A DNA stretch of 64,000 bases from Octopus sinensis (lineage: Eukaryota): assembly GCF_006345805.1 (NCBI RefSeq), contig NC_042999.1, positions 138,198,001 to 138,262,000 on the forward strand, in the 5' to 3' direction. Position numbers and translations under genes: made by a program. Positions 14,276-25,069 of the stretch are shown piece by piece. The first letter of the stretch is position 1. Each line of letters starts with the position of its first letter. The notes beneath the pieces are model-generated. The model was given only the letters and a program-made list of their open reading frames with translations, was not told where the DNA came from and ran no database searches.

Positions 14276-14474
14276 GAGCAATTATGGAGTGAATTTTAGG
14301 GCTTATAAATCTAATATTCTCCTATCCTTCCTTAATACCGGTTCCCATATGCTGTTCATATCTGCACTCGGTTTGCTTAGGAGGTCGTTGTGTCCTAGAA
14401 TATGTGCCGCTTCTTTTAGTTAAAATAATAGACAGAGAACACCACTGGAAAATACGAAAATTCACTCCATAATT

Positions 14475-14715
14475 GCCCACGGGCATATGGTGTAGTGGTT
14501 AAGAGCGCAGGCTACTAACCCCAAGATCCCGAGTTCGACTCCAGGCAGTGACCTGAATAATAATTAATAACAACATCGAAAAATACATTAGGAATGAGAA
14601 CCAAGACACCTGATGAAGGCTGGAGGGTATATCAGCCGAAACGTTGTGTTAACAACAAAGAAGATGAGGACAAATATCCATCAATTGTAAATAATGTAAT
14701 TAATGTACATAATTC
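14475..14715 (+). mobile_element. tRNA-headed SINE-like element (family C) with a hammerhead-like 3' part
   Basis: A box TGGTGTAGTGG and B box GAGTTCGACTCC (14481-14553), then an AAT-rich linker and the hammerhead fold at 14605-14650. Confidence 0.75.
14605..14650 (+). ncRNA. Putative minimal type I hammerhead ribozyme (extra A before stem II, GUU site)
   Basis: GACAC / CUGAUGA / A / GGCUG..CAGCC / GAAAC / GUU / GUGUU. Stem III is the palindrome AACGUU, which can only form in a dimer. Confidence 0.6.
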
Positions 14716-14732
14716 CTCATCTCATAAATATA

Positions 14733-14962
14733 TGTTTCTTTATTACCCACAAGGGGCTAAACATAGAGGGGATAAACAAGGACAGACAAACGGATTAAGT
14801 CGATTACATCGACCCCAGTGCGTAACTGGTACTTAATTTATCGACCCCGAAAGGATGAAAGGCAAAGTCGACCTCGACGGAATTTGAACCCAGAACGGCA
14901 GACAAAATACGGCTACGCATTTCGCCCGGCGTGCTAACGTTTCTGCCAGCTCGCCGCTTTAT
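14733..14962 (-). mobile_element. SINE family B, full length, with a 15-bp target-site duplication
   Basis: Reverse complement of family B; flanked by CATCTCATAAATATA (14718-14732) and CATCTTATAAATATA (14963-14977). Confidence 0.9.
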
Positions 14963-16133
14963 CATCTTATAAATATAGAACTGTAAAAACCCAGTAATTA
15001 ATACATTTACAATGTATATAAAACCTTTTGAAATTTCATAGATATTTATATATCAGCAATAGTCAAATATCTATCAGTAACTTCCGAATGTGCGCAAAGC
15101 TGAGCTCAGTTAGTATTGAAATCAGTAATAAACAATTTCCTAACGATAGCACAATACACAGATCCATAACGGTGAAATATCTGTAACATTCGAATATCCA
15201 AAGTGTCAAATCAACAATGTATTAAATGTAGCAGAAGGAAATAATTAATATTCTTACATATTTAACATGGGATTCTGGAAACAGATTATAGCTAATGGGT
15301 TAGAAGGAGTCATGAGAGCATAATTAATGAATGTAAAGGAACAAAAGAAGCGAGAATAAAAAAGAAAGACTTGTATATTTTCTGTAATAAATATAAGTGC
15401 ATGCACATATAATCAATAAGTTCACATACACTTGTCTTTCTGTCTAGTTAACCATAAACACCTAATGGTTGAAGTCAAAGTGTCGACAAAGGAATTTTTC
15501 CCACTCAGCATTGAGAAGTATCAATAAAATGTGTTTCTTTTTATTGCCGCTTTATGATAGCTGCGTTATATATGAGGTGTACCCAAAAAGAAACCAAACT
15601 TTTAAACTAGTTTACCAACCAATCAGCTTAGTGTGCTCGTGGCTGTAATGATGCTTATAGATGACCTTGACTTTGAATCTAATTATAGCTACCCAGCACC
15701 ATGTCAGTTCTATACGGTCATTGATTTATACGAGCATATGTTTAGCGCACACACCAATTTGTCCTAAGTTGAACAAAGAAGGATTTGGAAGAGTAGTGCG
15801 TTTGTATGAAAATTTGTTTCAAATGAAAAAAAAAGAATCAAGATTTTTCGAATCTTGCAACAGTTACACGTCTCAATGTTCGTCTTGGTTAACTCAATAT
15901 AACACGTGTCCCGAGTAGTACCAAACGTTTTAAATTTGCAAGGACATTCAGCGACGACTCGCCAAAATCTGGACGAACTTCCTCAATTCACGGACGAAAG
16001 TGCATGATGCGAGCTGCGAAAATTGTCGCCTGACTATAAAGTTTCTGAAGAAATAGTGATGTGTATAAAAGCCTGCTTTCCGAGACTTGTACAACTTTTC
16101 TAGTTGCACTGTTCTTATATGTGTGTGTGTGTT

Positions 16134-16172
<39 letters not shown>

Positions 16173-16211
16173 ATATGTGTGTGTGTGTGTGTGCGTGCGT
16201 GTGTGTGTATG

Positions 16212-16250
<39 letters not shown>

Positions 16251-16329
16251 ATGTATATATATATATATATACATGCATACATACACGCATATATATATAT
16301 ACATTATATAACAAAATAGAATGAAAAAA

Positions 16330-17975
16330 TCTACAAAAGGTTTGTATTATATGTTAAAAAATATATTAAAATCGTCATGTTAGGAAAATGTTATAAAAAG
16401 TTTTTTATAGTGATATTGTTTTTGAACCGGTTTCGCATTTTCTTTTCAAATTTCTCAAATTTCTTTACCCTTGTTGTGTCATCTATTCGCTACGGTGTGA
16501 TGTAGAAGAGTTCGAAACAGGGGGAGGTAGTCAGGGGCTTTTTCGGTATGGGGAGATAATAAAAAATGTTGGGAATGATTAGGTTTTGTTAATTTAATAT
16601 GATTTGATTTTTATAGAATGAAATATTAGAAATGATTAAGTTTTGGTTTATATTTTTAAATGAGGTAAGTTTCCTTATTTAAAAAATGCTAGAAATGGTT
16701 AACTTTTGGCTTATATTTTTTAATGATATAGGTTTCCTTATTTAATCTAGCTTATGTTGGTGTTTCAATAGCACATTGATAAAATGGAAAGATTACAAAT
16801 TGTGGTAGCAGTTGTTTTGAGCATCTGTCAATGTGTTCACTAAAGGGTATCATTCTGTATTCTGGGAATGCAATCTGCTGTCGATGCAGAGTGCATCTGC
16901 GCCTGAGTGATAATCCCGTGAACCCTATGTAGTTTTGGAGGCAGCTCGAGCATATTATGACATAAATCAGGTTTTCTGAGGCACAAGTAAAATTAGATTT
17001 GATTTTGAATTTTTGTCCCTCTTTAAAAGGGAATTCTGATCCTTCTAGACGGTTTGGGCATGTTGCGCAGTTTGGTCGACCACATTTTTCCCTTTTGCGT
17101 CCGTTATTTTAGAAAATAATTTTGCCCTTGTAAGGATCTTTTTTAGTGACTTCAGTTGTTCGTGGCTTTTAATGAACTTATGTGTGTGTAAATCCTTTAA
17201 TTTGGGGTTCTTATGCAGCATTGGTAGATTTTGGGTGATGATGGTGAGAGCTACTTTGTTTCTGGGCTTGTATGTGGATATGTACGGCAGTATTTTCAGG
17301 GAAAGTGTGTTGCTGTGTTAAACTTTTCTTAAAGTTTTTTTATGTCGATTTGTGTTTCACGTCTTGATTCCAACCTCTATGAGTTGAACTGGGTAGTGTC
17401 TGTCAATGAGGGTGTTTTTGAGTACTTGCTGTCTAAAGTCTCTGGTACTTTCTGACACTATGGTGCATATCTTTCTTGCAAGGTTGAAGCGGATGTTTGT
17501 TTTGGTGTGTCTTGGGTAGCATGAATTAAGTAGTAGATGTGGTTTTGTAAAATATGTCCATTTCTGTTTTTAGGTTTATTTTTTAAAACTAATATATCCA
17601 AGAATGGGAGCTCCTTTTGGTTATATTCCAATTTGAATTGTATGTTTGGGTTGACGCTGTTCAATAGTATTTTGAATTCCAGGAGTTTGTCTGTGTTTTC
17701 ATTCCAGAGGATGAAACAGTCTTCCAAGAATATGCTCCAATTTTCTTTTATTTATTGGGAAAGAGGGTTTCCAAAGGTAGATAAAGATTCCTGGTATATT
17801 ATTATTTCCAGATAGCCCGTTGTTAGGTACGAAATGACCGGGGCTGTGCTAGTGCCCATGGGAATTCCGTATTTTCTCGATAAAAAGTGTTATCAAACAT
17901 GAAATGGTTGTTTCGTAGGGTGAATTCAACCGATTCAATTATGAAATCTTTGCTGATCCTTTCCGGTATTTCTTC
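16330..17975 (-). mobile_element. Penelope-like element (RT C-terminal part + GIY-YIG endonuclease), degenerate
   Basis: GIPMGTSTAPVISYLTTGYLE; DCFILW..LLEFKILLNSVNPNIQFKLE...LPFLDILV; C..CATC...FTCASENLIYVIICSSCLQNYIGFTG; ends FVIFPFY...KETYIIKKYKPKVN near 16690. Confidence 0.85.
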
Positions 17976-18015
17976 CGGATATTGGTCCAGCTAGAACTGA
18001 ATTGACTCTAGAACT

Positions 18016-18353
18016 GATATTGGTCCAGCTAGAACTGAATGACACGAGGAACATTCTAGTGAAGTTGAACATCTTATTTGGCCACCACAGTCCCCAGATC
18101 TCAATATTACTCAACATTTGTGGTGCATTTCAGAAAAACAAGTTAGGAGTCGATATCCTCCACCATCATCACTACAAAAACTGGAGACTGTTATAGCTGA
18201 AGAATGGACAAAAATTCCTTTGGAAACAATTCAAAATTTGTACGAGTCCTTACCTCGTAGAATTCATGCGGTAATTACAGCCAGAGGCGGTCCTACCCCA
18301 TATTAAAATGAATTTGTTTGAAATTTTAAGGTGTTCCAAAGTTCTGTCCAACC

Positions 18354-18357
<4 letters not shown>
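18016..18357 (+). mobile_element. Tc1-like transposon 3' fragment with TIR
   Basis: WPPQSPDLN...EEWTKIPLETIQNLYESLPRRIHAVITARGGPTPY*; ends GGTGTTCCAAAGTTCTGTCCAACCTCTG|TA, related to the end at 12722. Confidence 0.85.
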
Positions 18358-18433
<76 letters not shown>

Positions 18434-18460
18434 GTGTGTGTGTGTACAAGTGTATATGTA

Positions 18461-18496
<36 letters not shown>

Positions 18497-19351
18497 CTCA
18501 CACACATGTGTGTGTATGTGTGTGTGTGTGTGTGTGAATTAAAACGGTCTAATAAATGCCTCTGTGGTAAAAACGTTGAAATGTCATATGTATGCGTGTT
18601 CGCATCAATATATGTGTATGTGTGTGTCCATGAGTGTGTTTGCAAGTGACTGTGTTCTGTATGTAAGAGAGAGAGGGAGAGAGAGAAGAGAGAGAGAGAG
18701 AGAGAGGGAGATAGTGTGGGAGAGTGAGGGAGTGTGAGAGAGAATGAAACAGAAAGTTTGTGTGTACGTGTGTGTTTATGAGTGGCTGTGTGTATTTGTA
18801 TGCAATTATACATACGTAGATGCATACATGAATGTAACAGTGAGTCAGTAAATTGCAATTCTTCAATGTATGTCAAGTATTTTGTCTGAAAACATCAATG
18901 TTTTTGTCTGGAGAAGGAGAAAAATCGCTCTCCTCTCTCAATTTTGCTCGCTACATTTCTCATCTATGCTAAATACATACGCACTCTCTCTCTCTCTCTT
19001 TCTCTTCTCTCTCTCTCTCTCTATGCGTGCATTTAAATATACATACACACATAAACACATAAATACATGAATACATACATACATGAATACATACATATAT
19101 ACATACATACATACATACATACATACATACATACATACATCATACATACACACATGCATACTTATATGCGTGTGTGCGTGCGTGTGTGTGTGACTGTGTG
19201 AATGTGTGTATGTGTGCATATGTGCGTGCGTGTGTGCGTGCAAAAGATTTACACACACAGTTGAAATGAGCGTTTTACAGGTACATGAGACACGTATGCC
19301 ATCCATCAGACTTCCATCAATGCGTGTAGCTCTTTTAAACGTATGTGTGTG

Positions 19352-19401
<50 letters not shown>

Positions 19402-19407
19402 CAGATA

Positions 19408-19810
19408 CAGGAATGGCTGTGTGGTAAGTAGCTTGCTTACCAACCACATGGTTCCGTGTTCAGTACCACTGCGTGGCACCTTGGGCAAGTGTCTTCTACT
19501 ATAGCCTCGGGCCGACTAAAGCCTTGTGAGTGGATTTGGTAGACGGAAACTGAAAGAATCCCGTCGACATATGTATATGTGTATGTATATGTTTGTGTAT
19601 CTGTGTTTGTCCCCCCAATATCGCTTGACAACCGATGCTGGTGTGTTTACGTCCCCGTTACCTAGAGATTCGGCAAGAGAGGCCGATAGAATAAGTACTA
19701 GGCTTACAAAGAATAAGTCCTGGGTTCGATTTGCTCGACTAAAGGTGGTGCTCCAGCATGGCCGCAGTCAAATGACTGACACAAATAAAAGAATAAAAGA
19801 AAAAAAAAGA
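19408..19810 (+). mobile_element. SINE family A, full-length young copy
   Basis: tRNA-like head TGGCTGTGTGGTAAG...GTTCAGTACC; MIR/CORE-like CACCTTGGGCAAGTG; internal (TATG/TG)n; 3' GGTGCTCCAGCATGGCCGCAGTCAAATGACTG; A-rich tail. Confidence 0.9.
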
Positions 19811-19996
19811 ATATACATACATGTACATAAATATATACACACATATACACACACATACACATACATGTGTGCGTGTGTGTGTGCGTGTGTGTGTTTGTGG
19901 CGTGTGTAAATATATATGCCCTTGATGGGGCAAACAAATCATTCGAAATTAAAATATCAGTCTGTTGCAAAACTTTTTTTCCGTTCTTATTTTGAA

Positions 19997-20382
19997 ACTA
20001 GCAGTATCGCCCGGCGTTGCTCAGGTTTGTAAGGGAAATAACTATAAAGCATTTTTAGAGAGTAATAGCCAAAAAATAGCAAAAAAATGGAAAAAAATGA
20101 CGGTAAATTTTTTTTTGAGATTTAAAAAAGGTGGAGTTGCGTCCCCTAGACAGTTTGTGGTTCGTGTTTCTGATTCTCGACCCCATGTCGAATTTATCGA
20201 TTTTTTCAGAACTGGGGGAACTTTTCAAAATTTTCGCTGCGTTAGTTTTGAATTATGACATTGGGCTAAGTGTGTGTCAAGTTTCATCAGAATCGGTTGA
20301 AAGCCGTGGTCAGGGTGAGGGTACAAGCAAACAGACACACAGAAACACGCACAGACAAACTGCCGTTTATATAGAGAGAGAT
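19997..20382 (+). mobile_element. Non-autonomous Helitron-like element (resembles Lep1/DINE-type architecture)
   Basis: Starts ACTAGCAGTATCGCCCGGCGTTGCTC; subterminal AAGTTTCATCAGAATCGGTT; (ACAG/AC)n tract; ends CCGTTTATATAGAGAGAGAT. Confidence 0.6.
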
Positions 20383-20627
20383 AACAGTTTCACAATACAT
20401 TTATATATGTCTCACTTTTGTTAGTGGAGATATTGGTGGGATTACCGTTATTGTTTTTGAGGAGCTTAAGTCATAATCAGAGGAGTAGATCTAATTCTGG
20501 TGAATAAAAACACACACACGTGTGTATGTGTGTGTGTGTGTGTGTGTGCATACACATACAAAAACAAAGGAACACATGCGTGCGCGCACATAGACAGATA
20601 TTTATATAAGCTGATGTTGACTAGTAT

Positions 20628-20738
<111 letters not shown>

Positions 20739-21218
20739 GGATGTATGTATGTATATATACATATATATGTATATATTATATACTTATATGATTTTAGCAA
20801 TTTCAGAAGATTAACTCGGCACTCCTTCACCTATGCCGCCGACTGAAACCGCGCTTGCGCGGTGAATTTGAAAAATTATAATTTATAATGATGAGACACA
20901 TGTTATTCTGTCTCTATATTATATGTTAATGTTTTTGGCGTAGCCACTTTTCAGAACTCCGCCTAGCGAATTATTTTATTTGCTAATTAGGGCAAAAACA
21001 AGGTAAAAGTTTTTATTATTCATTCCCTTCGAAATTGCTCTTAAATGTGGTTTTGGTCGTTTTGACTGCTTCCTCTAGCATGTAAGGATGCCTGTTAAAG
21101 GTCGCCTCTTTTGTGTTTAAATGTACACTAATTTTATATGTGTATATTATACATATATGGATACATATGTATATGTATGTATATATATTATTATATATAT
21201 GTATATATATTATATATA

Positions 21219-22085
21219 TCCAGGCCCTGCGCTACCGGCATACAAAGGTAAACGACGTGCAGACTGGATACACTGGCCCAGGAAGAATTGCAATCCCTGA
21301 GTCAAAATCAGTGCGTGACCTGGGCATTGACAGGAGTAATGATGCATCTTTCCAAGTGCATATTACTAATCTGGTGATAAAATGCTGACGGCTAGCTGGA
21401 TGGATTCTCCGAACTTTCAGAACAAGAGAGAAGGAGACACTGATGGTCCTCTGAAAAACATTCGTCCTCAGCCGCTTGGACTACTGCTCCCAACTATGGT
21501 CACCACACAATATAAAACTAACAGCAGAACTCGAAGCAATTCAAAGAAGCTACACAAAGAAGATCGTCTCAATGCAAAATATCAGCTACTGGGAAAGACT
21601 GAAAGTATTAAACCTCTTCTCCCTAGAGCGGAGGCGGGAGAGATATGCGGTGATATACATCTGGAAAATCCTGGAGGGTCTTGTCCCAACCTTTGGCATT
21701 CAAAGCTACCCCAACCGCAGAACGGGGCGCCACTGCATGGTGCCAAAGATTCCAACATCACCATCAAAATACAGGTCCAGATACTGCAACAGCTTGGGTT
21801 TCAGAGGAGCACAGTTCTTCAACATCTCCCTAAATGCCTGAGAGACTTACATGGTGTGGATGTGGGTTTCTTTAAAACTAAACTGGATCTCTTCTTGTCG
21901 GGGGTCCCAGATGAACCTACCTCACGACAGGAGACACAGATGCGAGCAGCAGCATCGAACTCCCTTGTTGATCAAGTGCCACGTATCAGAGGTGGATTCA
22001 CATATTAGTGTAGCTCATTCAGCGATGGTGCCCCAGCATGGCCGCAGTCTTCGGGCTAAAACATTTTTAAGGATTTAAGGATTTA
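21219..22085 (+). mobile_element. CR1-type LINE, 5'-truncated 3' fragment
   Basis: SVRDLGI; DYCSQLWSPH...LEAIQRSYTK..YWERLKVLNLFSLERRRERY; FKTKLDLFLSGVPDEP; 3' tail (TTTAAGGA)n. Confidence 0.9.
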
Positions 22086-22090
22086 TATCA

Positions 22091-22122
<32 letters not shown>

Positions 22123-22127
<5 letters not shown>

Positions 22128-22693
22128 AAATTCAAAATGCGATAAAATAAAATTAATTATTATCGCTGGTGTTTCTAGCACTGGCCATATATTATTCATA
22201 TATAGTACATAAAGGCGAAGTATGTACTAGACACAGAAGCTTGATAAATTTAGTGAAATGAAGATAAAAACTTTTACTAACTCTGTTCTTCTTAGACTGC
22301 AGTTTCGCCTTTTTCATCAATAAAAATAATATTTATTTACTCAGGTAGGCTCTTCAGTAAGATTCCTGTTATTATGAAGCGCAACTCGATAGACACATGT
22401 GCGTCTACTAATTTGCTCTTTCTAACTAATCAGATCACTGCGCGACGCAGAACGAACCCGACAAACTAGGGATTTCTGGTATTAGTCTAACGCTCAAAAT
22501 TTATCGAGAAATATGTAAACAAATTCAAAATGCGATAAAATAAAATTAATTATTATCGCTGGTGTTTCTAGCACTGGCCATATATTATTCATATATAAGT
22601 ACATTAAAGGCGAAGTATGTACTAGAAACACAGAAGCTTGATAAATTTAGTGAAATGAAGATAAAAACTTTTACTAACTCTGTTCTTCTTAGA
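22123..22693 (-). mobile_element. Retrozyme-like / Penelope-LTR-like element: 397-nt unit plus about 174-nt repeat of its start, inserted in (TA)n
   Basis: Direct repeats 22123-22296 and 22516-22693 (4 nt of indel). The minus-strand hammerhead sits at the unit junction. Confidence 0.75.
22290..22362 (-). ncRNA. Type I hammerhead ribozyme
   Basis: Minus strand reads UCUUA CUGAAGA GCCU [36-nt AU-rich loop] AGGC GAAAC UGCA GUC / UAAGA. Predicted cleavage between 22295 and 22294. Confidence 0.8.
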
Positions 22694-22878
22694 TATATAT
22701 ATATATATGTACTTATATATATATATAATATATATATATATATACATATACATATACGCACACACGTATATGTATATATGTATATGCAAGAAATAATTTT
22801 TGTCTCTTTTTATGGAAGTAAAAGGGTTTATAAGACTGCAAAAAAGAAGCGCTCAAATGTAATTGAGACGAAGATAAA

Positions 22879-23460
22879 GAAACATTGGTCATAGAACAAA
22901 CATCAAGTTCGAGTCAACGACTTATATAATACCATACCTCCAAACATTTGATCATATACAAATATTATGATGGTTCTTAAGCATACGTATATAAAATACA
23001 CAGAAGGTAAATATATATATGCGAATAAAAATACAGATATATAGAACGGCCTATCAAAAGAGTATATAAATTTCTTTACATCAAAAGAGTATATACAATC
23101 GACTAAAATTCTAGAGCGTGTCATGCTACTAAAAATTAACATAAAATAAACTAAATAAAATAAAATAAAATATCAATCGACTATTTTATTTTATTTAGGC
23201 TTATTTTATTTAAATTTTTAGTAGCATGACACGCTCTAGAATTTTCAGTCGATTGTATATACTCTTTTGATAGGCCGTTCTATATATTTGTATTTTTATT
23301 CGCATATATACTTTCATCTTCTGTGTTTTTTTTTATATATGTATACATTATATGTTTAAGAACCATGGTAATATTTATATATGATCAAATGTTTGGAGGT
23401 GTGGTGTTATATATAAAGTAGTTGACTCAAATTTGATGTTTGTTCTATGATCAATGTTTT
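22879..23460. repeat. Long imperfect palindrome (foldback, about 290-bp arms)
   Basis: AACATTGGTCATAGAAC...GAGCGTGTCATGCTACTAAAAA is mirrored by TTTTTAGTAGCATGACACGCTC...GTTCTATGATCAATGTT; centre near 23175. Confidence 0.9.
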
Positions 23461-23553
23461 TTTATATATGTATATATACATACACATATATATATCTATA
23501 TATATATATATACACATATATATACACACACACACCACACACACATATATATA

Positions 23554-23601
<48 letters not shown>

Positions 23602-24373
23602 TATATATACATACACACACATATATATTTATCTGTACACTCATGCATATATATATATATATATATATGTTGTAGTTTGCTTGAAGCATTTTAAAGTATG
23701 TGAAACAATGAGCGTGCTAAATAATGTTAATGCAATACAGAAAAATCGTTAAACGTAAGTAATCAACAATAACAAAGATATTGAATAGCAGATTATAACT
23801 ATTTAATGAGCCCTAATAATTCTAGTTAAAACTCCTTTCCAAAGGCTTAGAAGGGTGAGTGATCTAAAATTACGTGTCCATGTTTTCCGTGTGCTAAATT
23901 CTTCAGAACTAAAACTAAAAGTTGTAGAAAACAGAGGCTGTGAATTGTGTTCTACGAGTAGTGTCAGTGTGGGGTGATATGCTTGCAAGGTGTAACTTGG
24001 TGAAGCAGTATCTAAGTGGAAATTAAATTACAAAAATAAGTCAGACAATGTATCACCAAAATTGACATTTAATGTGAATAGTAATGTGAATAGAATTTAC
24101 AACGGAATTGAAAACGTATTCAAGAAATAATTAATTTAACAAAGATTTCTACTGAGCAAGATAACTCTAGAGAATTTTAAATGATGAATTCCATCGCTAA
24201 TATCACTTGATTCACAAAACTCTTTTCTCGCCTTACAACGTCTGCCACAGATTTATGTTTCTAACTCCCGGCAACAATCCGTTTTTGCAAGCAAACTTAA
24301 TATTTATGGTTCAATTTTGATTTGAATCATTTTCTTTTTCAGGGGTTAGAATGAAAGAGAAATCAGGCCCTAT

Positions 24374-24418
<45 letters not shown>

Positions 24419-24581
24419 GTGAGGATTTACAAAACAAACAAAAAAAAGAAAAAACAACGAAGACGGGTGTGTAAACAACAAACAGATGTATTTATTTACG
24501 CTCGGGAAGTGAGAAAGTCTTTTACGTTTCGAGCCTACGCTCTTCGACAAAAAAAGAACACAGAAATAAGCAGGGAGTTTA

Positions 24582-25010
24582 AGGCAGTGAGCCGGAAGAA
24601 ACGTTAGCACGCTGGGTGAAATGCTTAGCGGTATTTCGTCTACCGTTACGTTCTGAGTTCAAATTTCGCCGAGGTCGACTTTGCCTTTCATCCTTTCGGG
24701 GTCGATAAATTAAGTACCAGTTACGCACTGGGGTCGATATAATCGACTTAATCCGTTTGTCTGTCCTTGTTTGTCCTCTCTGTGTTTAGCCCCTTGTGGG
24801 TAGTAAAGAAATGCGAAATAGATATTTCGTCTGTCGTTACGTTCTGAGTTCAAATTCCGCCGAGGTCGACTTTGCCTTTCATCCTTTCGGGGTCGATAAA
24901 TTAAGTACCAGTTACGCACCGGGGTCGATGTAATCGACTTAATCCCTTTGTCTGTCCTCGTTTGTCCCCTCTATGTTTAGTCCCTTGTGGGCAATAAAGA
25001 AATAAGAAAT
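24582..25010 (+). mobile_element. Two tandem SINE family B copies (full length, then 5'-truncated from about 24824)
   Basis: GAGTTCAAATT.CGCCGAGGTCGACTTTGCCTTTCATCCTTTCGGGGTCGATAAATTAAGTACCAG occurs twice. Confidence 0.9.
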
Positions 25011-25069
25011 AAACAGGGAGAGAATATATAAAATATAAAAGGTTTAGTGGCTAGCGATCTATCATGACG

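Noticed and set aside
14481-14553. Functional tRNA gene
   Set aside because: A and B boxes are present, but I could not form a proper acceptor stem and there is no adjacent oligo-T terminator; it continues into a repeat body, so it is treated as a SINE head
15570-16105. Mariner-like relic (TGAGGTGTACCCAAAAAG start)
   Set aside because: No matching second terminus or convincing transposase motif
23803-24040. Minus-strand ORF with a possible acceptor as a terminal exon
   Set aside because: No recognisable homology or upstream exons
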